A DNA stretch of 32,000 nt from Candidatus Saccharimonadota bacterium (GCF_965196625.1 NZ_OZ239769.1:150001-182000); one strand, 5' to 3'. Positions 1 to 9,407 are shown, counted from the stretch's first letter. Translations and numbers: made by a program. Notes: generated by a model not told the origin, from the sequence alone.

Positions 1-2048
1 GCTGCTGACGAGGCTTCATAAGATTCTTTTTTTACTTTATAGCTGGTTTTTAAATTTGATCGTGTTTTCGATAATGTACTCAGGTTGCCTTGTAATTGTG
101 CTAATTTTGATGGCTCTTCTGATTGATTGGTTGGTACGGGTGGGGGGGTAGCTGCATCCTCTTCTGCTTTCTTCCCTAATTTTTCTTCTAATTTTTTGAC
201 CGCTTTTTCTGATTTTTTTAAATTTTCCTCGTTTTCTTTTTCTAGCTTATCTATTTCTATACTCAGCGCTTTTTCTTCTACTTTTAATGCGGCTGACCTG
301 TTTTTATAAGCCTGCTTTTTGATATTAAAACAGGTAGATAAATCCGAGCGCTTTTCTTCTACTTTTTTAATATCTTCTCTTAATGTACGCGCTCTAGTTT
401 CTAAGATAGCTAACTCTTTTTCATAGCCATTTATTACTGAAACTAACTGATCCTTAATAACTGGTTTTAAATTTTCTACTACCTGTTGGGTTAATATTTT
501 TTCTATAGTTGTCTTTTTTAGATAGTGGGAAGATGGGAGGGTATGACCTTGTGAGTGGCATGTATATAGCATAACAGGGCCTGGTTCAAAAATCTTCTCT
601 ATCAACGCTTCTACACTATAGGGTTGTCCAGATTGGGATAGCTTGTCGGTGATCAATTGGCCAGCTTTAGCTATCCATTGGGAAGGCGCTTCTTCTGCTA
701 ATTGCTTGAAAACGGAATCAGTGATCTCTTCTTTTATCTGGTAGTTATAAATAAATTCTAGGAGCTCTATAAAGGTAGAAGGGTATTTAACGATCGATTT
801 ATTACAGGTATAGACAAAATCCTCTAAAGATTTTGCAATTGCTGGGTCCTGTTTAATCCGATTATAAAGAATAGGCGCTATGGAATCAGATGCATTGGAA
901 TCTATCTTAGATAGATGCATAAGAGACAATTCGCAGCGAAGAGAAGTAAGCCATTGATAAGCTTTACTTTTGGATAGGGCTATGGGAGAAGCTTTCTCAT
1001 AAATGATTGAAGATACAATTAATTCCGGAACCTTTCGCTTGGATATAAGCTCTAAAAAGCCGAGTAAAGATGGGAGATCATCCTCTTCTCCTATGGATAA
1101 CAATAAGTTGGGGATAAAGGATGGACTTAGATGCGTACGGGACAACGCATCAGTTAACTGGCTACAAGCCTCTGGTGAGGAGGCAAATTGGGGAAGATTG
1201 TTTACCTGGTCTGATAGCCAGTAATGTTTTAGATAGATCACTTTATCGGGTTGTTCTCTACATACCATGTCATAGCCTATTTGACCCGTAACTGAAACGA
1301 TTTCAAGGATATGGGTTAGCTGCAGAAGGGTAAGGTTAGCACTTTTCTTGGCTTCCCATAGTGCATTAAGTAATTCTATTTGTTGATCTCTTGGGTAGCA
1401 CTGGCTAAGATTGGTCCAATGGTTGCTGAAGTGCTGTAGGGTAATAGGATTGGTCTTACCAGATGGATCTTGAATAAGCTCTTGCACTAGACTACGAACT
1501 AGCCACTCTGAACTAGGATAATCTTTTATAATATCAGAATAGAGCTGACCACCATAGATAAGATGGTCTATAAAGCCATTTTGGACCGAAGAAGGAGCTC
1601 TTTGTATAAGGTTAGCTGTCTCTCTAAGAAATAACAGGTATGCACTCGGAGCTAGGTGAAGGCTATAATAGGTCAACAAACGGGTAAGGGGGGATGGAGT
1701 AGATAAAAGAGACGCTTTAACGGAGTAAGCACTAAAAAGGTTATCTAGACTAGCTGCTTTTCTTAAAGGTGAAGGATGGAGTGTAGGGTCTAAATTGGAT
1801 AAGTCCTCCAGGCTAGAAGAGGAAAACATAGAATCCGTACCCCCAAAATCGGAGTCCTCCGATAATTGATCTGAGTCCTCTTGGCAATCGCCGTTGGATA
1901 GGCCGCTGTCACTACTTGTGCAAAAAGTAGGGAGCTGCTTGTAGTGGCTTACAGAAGAAGGAGGGGATGAGCTGGCACTAAGGGGAAGAGCGGGATAGAT
2001 GATAGGGATTGGGCACTCATCTGAAAAAGGGCTAGCTTCTTCAGTAGG
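1..2048 (-). CDS. 3' portion of a large hypothetical protein gene with a coiled-coil C-terminal region. It runs off the window start and is probably IS-disrupted or pseudogenised.
   Basis: My manual translation of the minus strand is open from the IS boundary (about 2048; the frame stays open to 2087) down to position 1. The first in-frame ATG is about 85 codons downstream of the IS boundary, near 1829, so this looks like a gene body rather than a gene start. The K/E-rich heptad-like tail (for example KVEEKALSIEIDKLEKENEENLKK) lies near positions 1-450. Confidence 0.6.
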
Positions 2049-2055
2049 TGAGTTT

Positions 2056-2077
2056 GTAAATAAAATTGTGTAAATGC
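2056..2077 (+). repeat. Left terminal inverted repeat of the IS256-family element
   Basis: 18 of 22 nt match the reverse complement of 3354-3375. Confidence 0.8.
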
Positions 2078-2132
2078 TTATTATTAACTAATCTAACGGA
2101 TTAAATCGTTAGTTATAAATGAGTCATAAGCA

Positions 2133-3347
2133 ATGGAACAACAACAAATAAATATAGATCCAAATCTACTAAATGAATTGTCGAAGTCTATTAAGAGTGA
2201 AAAAGATTTAGCTATTCTCAGCAAGCAACTATTAAAAATCACGGTAGAACGTGCTATGGATGCAGAATTAGAGGATCATCTTGGCTATGAAAAGCATGCT
2301 ATAGAAGGCAGGAACACGGGAAATAGCCGTAATGGTTACTCTCCTAAGCGATTAAAGGGTGATTTTGGCGAAATGGAAATTAATACGCCACGTGACCGAA
2401 ACAGCACGTTCGATCCTCAAATCATTCGCAAAGGGCAAACTCGCTTCACTGAATTTGATGAACAAATTTTGGCTCTTTATGCTAGAGGGATGACTACCAG
2501 AGATATTTCAGATACATTCAAAGAGCTGTATGGTACAGAGGTATCACACAGTTTAATTTCGAAAGTAACTGAATCTGTTATTGAGGAGATTACTGTTTGG
2601 CAGAATCGTCCATTAGAAACAGTATATCCCATATTGTATTTAGATTGTATCGTTATCAAGTGTCATCAAGATAAACGCGTAATCAACAAATCAATTTATT
2701 TGGCATTAGCCATTAATTGTCAAGGGCAAAAAGAATTACTTGGTTTGTGGATAGCAGAAACCGAAGGTGCAAAATTTTGGCTCTCAGTATTAACTGAGTT
2801 AAATAATCGTGGCATTAAGGATATTTTTATTGCTTGTGTTGATGGATTAACCGGATTTCCAGATGCTATTAATACAGTATTTCCAAAAACCAAAATTCAG
2901 TTATGCATTGTTCATCTTATTCGTAATTCGTTACGTTATGTACCCTATAAGGACATGAAGTCCGTCGCATCGGATCTTAAAGTTATTTATCGCGCTATTT
3001 CTCTTGAGCAAGCGGAAGAAGCACTTCTTATTTTTAGTGAAAAATGGGATAAAAAATATCCAGCTATTAGTCGTTCATGGCATAAAAATTGGAGCAACAT
3101 TATAACTATTTTTGACTATCCTGATGAAATACGAAAAATTATTTATACGACCAATGCCATTGAATCACTCAATAGCGTTATTAGAAAATCTATCAATAAC
3201 CGTAAAATTTTTCCTAATGACCAATCTGCATTAAAAGTAGTATATTTAGCCATACAGAAGGCATCACAAAAGTGGACTATGTCTTTACATGATTGGAGAG
3301 CGGCTCTGAATCGATTCGCTATCGAATTTGAGGGAAGATTCTCCTAA
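2133..3347 (+). CDS. IS256-family (Mutator-type) transposase
   Basis: 404 aa. Family-typical blocks are present: LGYEKH, NGYSPKRL, PRDRNSTFDPQIIRK, LYLDCIVIK, DGLTGFPDAI and YTTNAIESLNSVIRK. Confidence 0.93.
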   Translation: MEQQQINIDPNLLNELSKSIKSEKDLAILSKQLLKITVERAMDAELEDHLGYEKHAIEGRNTGNSRNGYSPKRLKGDFGEMEINTPRDRNSTFDPQIIRKGQTRFTEFDEQILALYARGMTTRDISDTFKELYGTEVSHSLISKVTESVIEEITVWQNRPLETVYPILYLDCIVIKCHQDKRVINKSIYLALAINCQGQKELLGLWIAETEGAKFWLSVLTELNNRGIKDIFIACVDGLTGFPDAINTVFPKTKIQLCIVHLIRNSLRYVPYKDMKSVASDLKVIYRAISLEQAEEALLIFSEKWDKKYPAISRSWHKNWSNIITIFDYPDEIRKIIYTTNAIESLNSVIRKSINNRKIFPNDQSALKVVYLAIQKASQKWTMSLHDWRAALNRFAIEFEGRFS

Positions 3348-3353
3348 AAAACG

Positions 3354-3375
3354 GCACTTACACAAAATAATTTAC
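3354..3375 (-). repeat. Right terminal inverted repeat of the IS256-family element
   Basis: The reverse complement matches 2056-2077 at 18 of 22 positions. Confidence 0.8.
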
Positions 3376-4398
3376 AGGCTCATTTTCCACAGATTGGCTG
3401 GTGCTGGAGAGGGCGGTGGTTTCTTGCTCTACACTTTTTTTCAAAGTCACTTCTAACTCTAAATTAGATATAAACTTATTATATAGAACCTTGGTCTCAT
3501 CTAAGAATGATTGGTGATGTATTGCTTGCTTTTTGGAGGCCAATTCTTCTACAAATGCAAGGGAGCGTGCAGCCCGCTCTGCTCTTTTCCTTTGTGAATA
3601 GGCTTTCAACGAGGCTTCCTCCTGCATAAGATTTTCCTCTAGAACCTTACGCTTGCTTGTTAGCGCTGCTATCTCTTCCTGTTGACGACGAAACTTATTC
3701 CTATTTTTTTGCTCTTGTTGGAGTTGCTGTTGTGCTATTAATCTGCAATTCCCATGTTGTGACATATGAGCACAACATGGCTCACAATTATCCTCAGGAC
3801 AGGGGTCACCGCAAAAAACACAATGCCAGATAGGCCTATTACAATTACAGCCTCCACTTTTTAAACCGAGTGAACCTATATATACTATAGGACTATTCTT
3901 ATTCATGGATAAGAGATGGATATGATATGACTGATAAGAGGGAGATTTAGTGACAAAATCTTCTAGACGACAGCCTTTTTCAAATCTAACAGCTGCTACA
4001 TAGGAACGACTTAGCCCGGGAAAACGATTATCGTAAACCATGGCTTGATATCTATCTCCATCGGGTGATAGCACAATTCTGTAACCTGGAGATTTTATAA
4101 AAGTATAACTGAAGGGTGCTATTTCTGAGGAAGGTGTAGTACCACTAGCTAGATGGGCTGCTGAATCAGTTTCTAATAAAGGATCTTCTTGAGTTGATGA
4201 TAATGCACTAAATTCACCAATACTAGGAGAAGCATGGTTAACCTTACAAAGGGTAGAAGAAGCTGATAAAGCACGACTAGAAGTGTGCCAAGAACCAATC
4301 TTACCTATACGTAAATAACATGGATTACCACAACTTGTTAAGAACTGGCCTAACAATAATATACGCGCAATCAGACGCTTACATGGAAAATAAACCAT
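3358..4398 (-). CDS. Lipoprotein-signal, Cys/His-cluster, coiled-coil protein. It is probably the 5' portion of the IS-interrupted gene; the last ~9 codons and the stop lie inside the IS end.
   Basis: The N-terminus MVYFPCKRLIARILLLGQFLTSC has a lipobox-like LTSC. A Cys/His cluster lies at residues 184-218, followed by a Q/E/K-rich coiled coil. The ORF terminates inside the IS right inverted repeat. Confidence 0.6.
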   Translation of the reverse strand: MVYFPCKRLIARILLLGQFLTSCGNPCYLRIGKIGSWHTSSRALSASSTLCKVNHASPSIGEFSALSSTQEDPLLETDSAAHLASGTTPSSEIAPFSYTFIKSPGYRIVLSPDGDRYQAMVYDNRFPGLSRSYVAAVRFEKGCRLEDFVTKSPSYQSYHIHLLSMNKNSPIVYIGSLGLKSGGCNCNRPIWHCVFCGDPCPEDNCEPCCAHMSQHGNCRLIAQQQLQQEQKNRNKFRRQQEEIAALTSKRKVLEENLMQEEASLKAYSQRKRAERAARSLAFVEELASKKQAIHHQSFLDETKVLYNKFISNLELEVTLKKSVEQETTALSSTSQSVENEPVNYFV

Positions 4399-4670
4399 GA
4401 CTTTTTATTCAAGTAAACTATAGCGCGCAGATAGCATCTATAAACAAACTAGTAAATAAAATAGATTTTTCAATTGAAAAACTTTTTTATAACCTAATTT
4501 TATTATTTTATAAAAAATTAGCGTAAAATACAATACAAAATGAAGTCATTACAATATACCATTAAGATTTCTATTAAAAATTTTCTTTCATTTTTAGAAA
4601 AAGATTAAGAATTGCTAATGTTATATAGATATCTTATACTTCCGTTTTTATTCAAAATAGTTTTATTAAG

Positions 4671-4895
4671 ATGGAGTGTAAATATTGTAGATCCTCTAAT
4701 TACCGTAAAAATGGTTGTACAGGTGGTATTCAACATTATAATTGTAAAGAGTACCAGCGTAATGAGACAGCACGTCAAGGCAATGCCTATAGTACAGAAA
4801 TACACTTTAAGGCGTTAAGGCTATATCTTGAAGGTCTTAGTTTTAGGTCGATAGGAGGTATTTTAGGCGTTAGTAACGTAACCGTTTTAAAATAG
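4671..4895 (+). pseudogene. Degraded N-terminal fragment of an IS1-family InsA-like transposase (zinc finger plus HTH)
   Basis: 74 aa. MECKYCRSSNYRKNGCTGGIQHYNCKEY has a CxxC followed by a decayed second Cys pair. An HTH-like segment LSFRSIGGILGVSNVTVLK follows, then a premature stop. No catalytic InsB-like part lies downstream. Confidence 0.55.
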
Positions 4896-4974
4896 GTATC
4901 TATTCAGCTGTATGGTACAGACTACCCCTAAAAATAGGAAAATGGCACCTTTTTCCAAGGGCGTTTGATTTTTT

Positions 4975-5003
4975 GGTTACTTTTTTATCAAGCAAAAAGT
5001 AAC
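4975..5003. repeat. Hairpin-forming short dispersed repeat, copy 1
   Basis: GGTTACTTTTTTATCAAGCAAAAAGTAAC. A perfect 10-bp stem (4976-4985 with 4994-5003) encloses an 8-nt loop. Confidence 0.6.
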
Positions 5004-5059
5004 TTAAAAATTCCTTACTTTTACCAGGAAGTGGTTTAATGCGTTGGCTACCCACCCAC

Positions 5060-5089
5060 GGCTACTTTTTTATTAAGAAGAAAGTAAGG
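5060..5089. repeat. Hairpin-forming short dispersed repeat, copy 2, immediately 3' of nadK
   Basis: GGCTACTTTTTTATTAAGAAGAAAGTAAGG matches copy 1 at about 26 of 29 positions and forms an imperfect hairpin. Confidence 0.55.
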
Positions 5090-5099
5090 TATAACTTCG

Positions 5100-5975
5100 T
5101 TATTGTTTTCTGGCATCTAATCCCCAGTAAAATTTTTCACGTAATACATCAAAAATAGTGGTATGGCCAAACTGGACCAACTTCAATGAAAAGGGAGCCT
5201 TTTTAACCACAAACGGTTGTTGAATAGCTACAGGAAACGTTCTTCCATCTGTGGAAACCAGCATCCCTTTATTACAACTTCTAACTACAAAACGTAGCAG
5301 AGCTGTATCGGGCACAACCAATGGACGTAAGGCCAAATTATGTGGACTTATAGGAGTAATGACCAGGCTATTGGAGTGGGTCAACATAATAGGGCCCGAG
5401 CAACTCAGCGAATAAGCCGTAGAACCGGTAGGTGTAGCAACAATCAACCCATCTGCTCGATAGGTAGTAATAAATTGTTCATCTATATAGGCATCAATGG
5501 TTAGTAAGTTAACCCTATCACGCTTAAGCAACGCCACTTCATTAAGCGCAAAAGAAATAGGAATAGCTGAGCTATATAAAGCCAAGAGGCTTCGCTCTTC
5601 TAAGATAAAGTTGCCCTCAAAAAAACCTACTAACCCAGCAATGGCTTCTGTATGAGTTGCCCTAGTTAAAAATCCTAAATTACCTGTGTGCACACCCAGT
5701 ACAGGAATCGCATTATCTTTAAGATAATGAATGGTTTCTAAAAAGGTTCCATCTCCACCTAAACTTATAATCAATTCCAAACCTAGCTGTAAATGTAACT
5801 GCTCTAAATCGAAAACGGATAGCGGGCTCAGAAAAGTAGTAGATACATGGAGTAACGCTGCTAAAGTACTAGAAACCATTACCTGCTTTTGGTACGTTTC
5901 TGCTAAAGAGATGATCTCTTCTAAAAATGCTAGGCTAACTGGACAAACTTTTCTGCTATGTATGGCAATCGACAT
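5100..5975 (-). CDS. nadK: NAD(+) kinase
   Basis: 291 aa with the GGDGTFL motif (LIISLGGDGTFLE), NEVAL, and TPTGSTAYSLSCSGPI (the NAD kinase TPTGSTAY motif). Confidence 0.9.
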   Translation of the reverse strand: MSIAIHSRKVCPVSLAFLEEIISLAETYQKQVMVSSTLAALLHVSTTFLSPLSVFDLEQLHLQLGLELIISLGGDGTFLETIHYLKDNAIPVLGVHTGNLGFLTRATHTEAIAGLVGFFEGNFILEERSLLALYSSAIPISFALNEVALLKRDRVNLLTIDAYIDEQFITTYRADGLIVATPTGSTAYSLSCSGPIMLTHSNSLVITPISPHNLALRPLVVPDTALLRFVVRSCNKGMLVSTDGRTFPVAIQQPFVVKKAPFSLKLVQFGHTTIFDVLREKFYWGLDARKQ

Positions 5976-6279
5976 GTAGCTATTGCATGGTTAAGGATCT
6001 TAAATACCACATAACAAACAGCTAAAATAAAATCTAATGTTAATGTAGAGTTAAGTTGTTAAAAAACTACGCTGCAAATAAGCCCAAATTTACCTTAATA
6101 ATTTGAATAATGCACCTTCTTATAAATATTGTATTTTATAATCACTTTTATTTGGAATAGTGATTTTTCGACAGAAGAAATAAAATATTGGCTTGGTCAA
6201 GGTCTAAATATAAATGCATAGCATAAAAGCAACAGGGCTGAGTCTATTAATAGACGGAAGCTATATTATCCCCTCTTCT

Positions 6280-6585
6280 CTATTCCCGTATAATAATATA
6301 CAAATCTTCTTTCTCTCGCTTCATATAATATTTTTCACGAGCAAGTTGCTCTAAAAAATCAATATTATGCACAAGTGCTTTTTTTTCTTTTTTGATCTGC
6401 TGAATCTGAAGGGTGTAATGGGTAATATCAGTTTGCAACTTTTGACAGCGCTTGTACAATTTGTATTGCTCAAATACATTTTGATCATCAAAAAAGAGCA
6501 TCCATAGCGCAAACAAGATGGTTGCAATAAAGTAGGGGTCTAAAAAGATGCTTTTAATGCGCTGAATTTTATTTCTATAGTTCAT
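6280..6585 (-). CDS. Septum formation initiator family protein (FtsB/DivIC-like)
   Basis: 101 aa. An N-terminal TM helix (YFIATILFALWMLFF) is followed by a coiled coil and the family-typical C-terminal LAREKYYMKREKEDLYII. Confidence 0.7.
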   Translation of the reverse strand: MNYRNKIQRIKSIFLDPYFIATILFALWMLFFDDQNVFEQYKLYKRCQKLQTDITHYTLQIQQIKKEKKALVHNIDFLEQLAREKYYMKREKEDLYIIIRE

Positions 6586-6617
6586 CAGAAGCCAAAAATG
6601 TTAAAAAATAAACCACA

Positions 6618-6667
6618 CCCCTTGCAAAAAGCATCTATTCTAGCTGTAAGTTGCTTTTTACAAGGGG
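6618..6667 (-). terminator. Long hairpin downstream of rplQ, a probable intrinsic terminator
   Basis: The arms are CCCCTTGCAAAAAGC (6618-6632) and GCTTTTTACAAGGGG (6653-6667): a 15-bp stem with one mismatch. On the minus strand it is followed by TTTATTTTTT. Confidence 0.5.
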
Positions 6668-6674
6668 CTTGATT

Positions 6675-6702
6675 GGCTACTTTTTGACCAAACAAAAAAT
6701 AA
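6675..6702. repeat. Hairpin-forming short dispersed repeat, copy 3, immediately 3' of rplQ
   Basis: GGCTACTTTTTGACCAAACAAAAAATAA is related to copies 1 and 2. It shares the TTGATT..GGYTACTTTTT lead-in with copy 1. Confidence 0.45.
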
Positions 6703-6717
6703 AATAAATAAAGGGGG

Positions 6718-7221
6718 CTATTCTGTATCAGAAGGCATAGCAGACGGAGCATCAGCAACCGTTTCAGTTTCAGTTACTGCTGCTTCTTCTACAACAGGAG
6801 CGGCACTTTTCTTTCTTCTTCGACGGGTTACCTTAACGACCTTGGCATCTTTTGTATAGATATCGTTGTAGTCGACCAATTCAATCATACACATAGCTGC
6901 ATTATCTCCCGCACGATTGGCCAACTTAATGATGCGTGTATAGCCGCCTGGACGTTGTTCAATTTTTTCAGCAATCTGATTGAATAGTTCTTTTACAGGT
7001 TCTTTATCCTGAAAGTGAGAAAAAACCATTCTTCTTGAATGCGTAGTATCCTGCTTTGCTCGCGTAAGAATAGGCTCAATAAATGAACGCAATACCTTCC
7101 CTTTAGCCAAGGTGGTAATGATACGCTTATGCATAATGAGCGACTTAGATAAATTCATAAGCAGTGCTTTTCTGTGACCTGCAGGCCTACCCAGCCGGTT
7201 AACTTTGTTTCTATGCCTCAT
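6718..7221 (-). CDS. rplQ: 50S ribosomal protein L17
   Basis: MRHRNKVNRLGRPAGHRKALLMNL is a canonical L17 N-terminus. The tracked ORF begins 4 codons earlier, at 7233. The C-terminal tail is acidic and Ala-rich. Confidence 0.93.
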   Translation of the reverse strand: MRHRNKVNRLGRPAGHRKALLMNLSKSLIMHKRIITTLAKGKVLRSFIEPILTRAKQDTTHSRRMVFSHFQDKEPVKELFNQIAEKIEQRPGGYTRIIKLANRAGDNAAMCMIELVDYNDIYTKDAKVVKVTRRRRKKSAAPVVEEAAVTETETVADAPSAMPSDTE

Positions 7222-7282
7222 TGATTTGTACAAATACGCCTTTTAACTAAAATATACAATATACTTTAACTTTAAATAAAAA

Positions 7283-8266
7283 TTATCCATCTAACTTATA
7301 ACCAGAAAGATCCATGCCAATTTTTAAATTCTTTTCTGCTAAAAGTTGGTCAATCTCATCACGTGACTTACGGCCAAAGTTTCTAAACTTCATATTATCA
7401 AAGTCTTTTACCGTTACAAGATCTTCTAAAGTTTCAATGCCTGCTGATTTAAGACAATTTAAAACGCGGGAAGAACACTTTAGCTCACTAATATGGGTTT
7501 TAAGATTCCTTTGCATGGCTATGGTTTCTTCATCTAACATCTGAACAGCTTCATCATCTGGTGATTGGATCACAATCTCCTGACCAGATAGCAAATTAAG
7601 ATGTTGAATCATTAACTTAGCGGCTTGCCTAATGCTTTCCTCAGGCGTAATGGAGCCATCGGTCTTTACTTCAAAGGTCAATTGCTCATAATCTGTGCGC
7701 TGCCCAACACGCATATTTTCTACACGATATTGTACACTTACAATAGGAGAAAAGATGGCATCAATAGCAATACGATCTAAAGTTGGATCCTTTGGTTTAT
7801 TCTCCTCAGCTGAGAGATATCCCCTATGCTTGACTATATGAAGCTCTATATCAAAACTGGTCGATGCATCAAGCCTACAAATCAATAAATCTGGATTTAA
7901 AACCTCAAAAAAAGGCGTGGCTTTAGCAATATCTCCTGCACGAAATTCAGGTTTATTGACCTGAACCGAAATAATAGAATCACCGCCTTCTGCAATTTTC
8001 TTTAAACGAACCTGCTTGAGATTTAAAATGATCTCTACCAAATCTTCTTGTACACCTTCAATGGTAGAAAATTCATGACGGATGCCAGGAAGTTTAATGG
8101 AAACAATAGCATACCCTTCTAGGGAAGATAATAATACCCGCCTAAGGGTATTACCAATAGTAGTGCCATACCCTTTTTCAAGTGGACGAAAACTAAAAAT
8201 GCCATGTACGGGATCAACCTTTTCCACAAATATCTTCTCGGGCATTTGAAATGCTAATGACGACAT
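7283..8266 (-). CDS. rpoA: DNA-directed RNA polymerase subunit alpha
   Basis: 327 aa with GYGTTIGNTLRRVLLSS and a C-terminal domain containing ELKCSSRVLNCLKSAGIETLEDL. Its position between rpsD and rplQ fits. Confidence 0.95.
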   Translation of the reverse strand: MSSLAFQMPEKIFVEKVDPVHGIFSFRPLEKGYGTTIGNTLRRVLLSSLEGYAIVSIKLPGIRHEFSTIEGVQEDLVEIILNLKQVRLKKIAEGGDSIISVQVNKPEFRAGDIAKATPFFEVLNPDLLICRLDASTSFDIELHIVKHRGYLSAEENKPKDPTLDRIAIDAIFSPIVSVQYRVENMRVGQRTDYEQLTFEVKTDGSITPEESIRQAAKLMIQHLNLLSGQEIVIQSPDDEAVQMLDEETIAMQRNLKTHISELKCSSRVLNCLKSAGIETLEDLVTVKDFDNMKFRNFGRKSRDEIDQLLAEKNLKIGMDLSGYKLDG

Positions 8267-8307
8267 ATAGAATCTTTATTTGATTTAAAAAGAAAACAAT
8301 AGAAGCA

Positions 8308-8916
8308 CTATTTAGAATGGAGCTCCACAATACTTCGTTCATTAATTTCTTCTGGTATTTCAGAACGCTGCGGAAAAGCAAGAAATTTCCCTACCATCAA
8401 TGCTGCATCCCATTCCAACCAACTATATTTATTAGATGGATTACTGGCTACATTATTAACAATCAAAGCCATTTTCTCTGCTTTCTTGGCAATGCCTATT
8501 ATTTCCCCAGGCTTTAAGGTATAAGAAGGAATATCCACTATTCCACCATTAACGGTAATGTGCCCATGGGATACCATCTGCCTTGCTTCCCCGCGTGTAG
8601 TAGCAATACCTAGTCTATAAACGGTATTGTCTAAACGGGCCTCTAGCCGTTGAAGAATGACTTCACCGGTAATACCTTTGCTTTTAGCAGCTTTTTCGCA
8701 AAGGTTCTTAAACTGACGCTGCAATAACCCATAGGTATATTTTGCTTTTTGCTGCTCTACCAATTGAAGTCCAAACTGAGAACGTCTTTTACGCCTTTTA
8801 CCATGTTGCCCCGGCGGATAATTTTTCTTTTGCAACACTTTATTAACAGACGAACCAAATATCGAACTATTATATCTTCTTGCAACTTTTGCTTTTGGAC
8901 CACGATATCTTGCCAT
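8308..8916 (-). CDS. rpsD: 30S ribosomal protein S4
   Basis: MARYRGPKAKVARR start, 202 aa, and operon context. Confidence 0.95.
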   Translation of the reverse strand: MARYRGPKAKVARRYNSSIFGSSVNKVLQKKNYPPGQHGKRRKRRSQFGLQLVEQQKAKYTYGLLQRQFKNLCEKAAKSKGITGEVILQRLEARLDNTVYRLGIATTRGEARQMVSHGHITVNGGIVDIPSYTLKPGEIIGIAKKAEKMALIVNNVASNPSNKYSWLEWDAALMVGKFLAFPQRSEIPEEINERSIVELHSK

Positions 8917-8955
8917 ACGCTATTTTCTTCTAATATAAAATATAACCTGCACCAT

Positions 8956-9348
8956 TTATGGGCGCCTACGCTTAGGAGGCCTACAACCATTGTGGGGAAG
9001 GGGTGTAACATCTCTAATGGAAATTACTTCTACAGAATGTTCTTGAAGGGCACGAATGGCTGATTCACGGCCAATCCCTGGCCCCTTTACAAATACATTC
9101 ACCCGTCGTAAACCCAACTCATAAGCAGCTTTTGCACAGTCGGCTGATGCCATTTGAGCCGCATATGGCGTGTTTTTTTTAGATCCCTTAAAGCCCATCT
9201 TACCGGAAGAAGACCAAGCAATCACTTGACCGGCTTCATTTGTTATCGAAATAATAAGGTTATTAAAAGTAGCTTGAATATGAACCTGCCCCTCTTTACC
9301 AACCTTTACAACCCTTTTTTTAACTTTATTTTTTCCCGTATTTTTCAT
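8956..9348 (-). CDS. rpsK: 30S ribosomal protein S11
   Basis: 130 aa with [18 protein letters not shown] and [12 protein letters not shown]. Confidence 0.95.
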   Translation of the reverse strand: MKNTGKNKVKKRVVKVGKEGQVHIQATFNNLIISITNEAGQVIAWSSSGKMGFKGSKKNTPYAAQMASADCAKAAYELGLRRVNVFVKGPGIGRESAIRALQEHSVEVISIRDVTPLPHNGCRPPKRRRP

Positions 9349-9407
9349 AGTAATTTTCTATAAACTTTCTTTCAAAGAAAGGAAAAACATGCACTAAAAA
9401 ACAACCT

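Larger units (their letters stand above)
2049..3382 (+). mobile_element. IS256-family insertion sequence, apparently intact
   Basis: A single 404-aa Mutator/IS256-type transposase ORF is flanked by imperfect terminal inverted repeats: GTAAATAAAATTGTGTAAATGC at 2056-2077 and the reverse complement of 3354-3375, GTAAATTATTTTGTGTAAGTGC. A weaker match (TGAGnnTGTAAAT) extends the ends to about 2049 and 3382. The size of about 1.3 kb is typical of the family. Confidence 0.85.

Noticed and set aside
127-1224. Plus-strand ORFs 127-309 and 1003-1224.
   Set aside because: They are antisense to the continuous minus-strand reading frame spanning 1-2048. The 127-309 product is the S/F-rich complement of a K/E coiled coil.
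2041-3390. Target-site duplication flanking the IS256-family element.
   Set aside because: I compared 8-9-nt flanks at three plausible boundary choices (2049/3382, 2055/3376, 2056/3375) and found no direct repeat, so none is reported.
4605-4818. ORFs 4605-4805 (minus strand) and 4612-4818 (plus strand).
   Set aside because: They overlap the IS1 InsA-like fragment in other frames. Their sequences are AT-rich with no features.
6242-6255. Perfect 14-bp palindrome GTCTATTAATAGAC just downstream of the FtsB-like gene.
   Set aside because: It is a single AT-rich palindrome with no partner sites and no adjacent T-run. There is not enough evidence to call it an operator or terminator.
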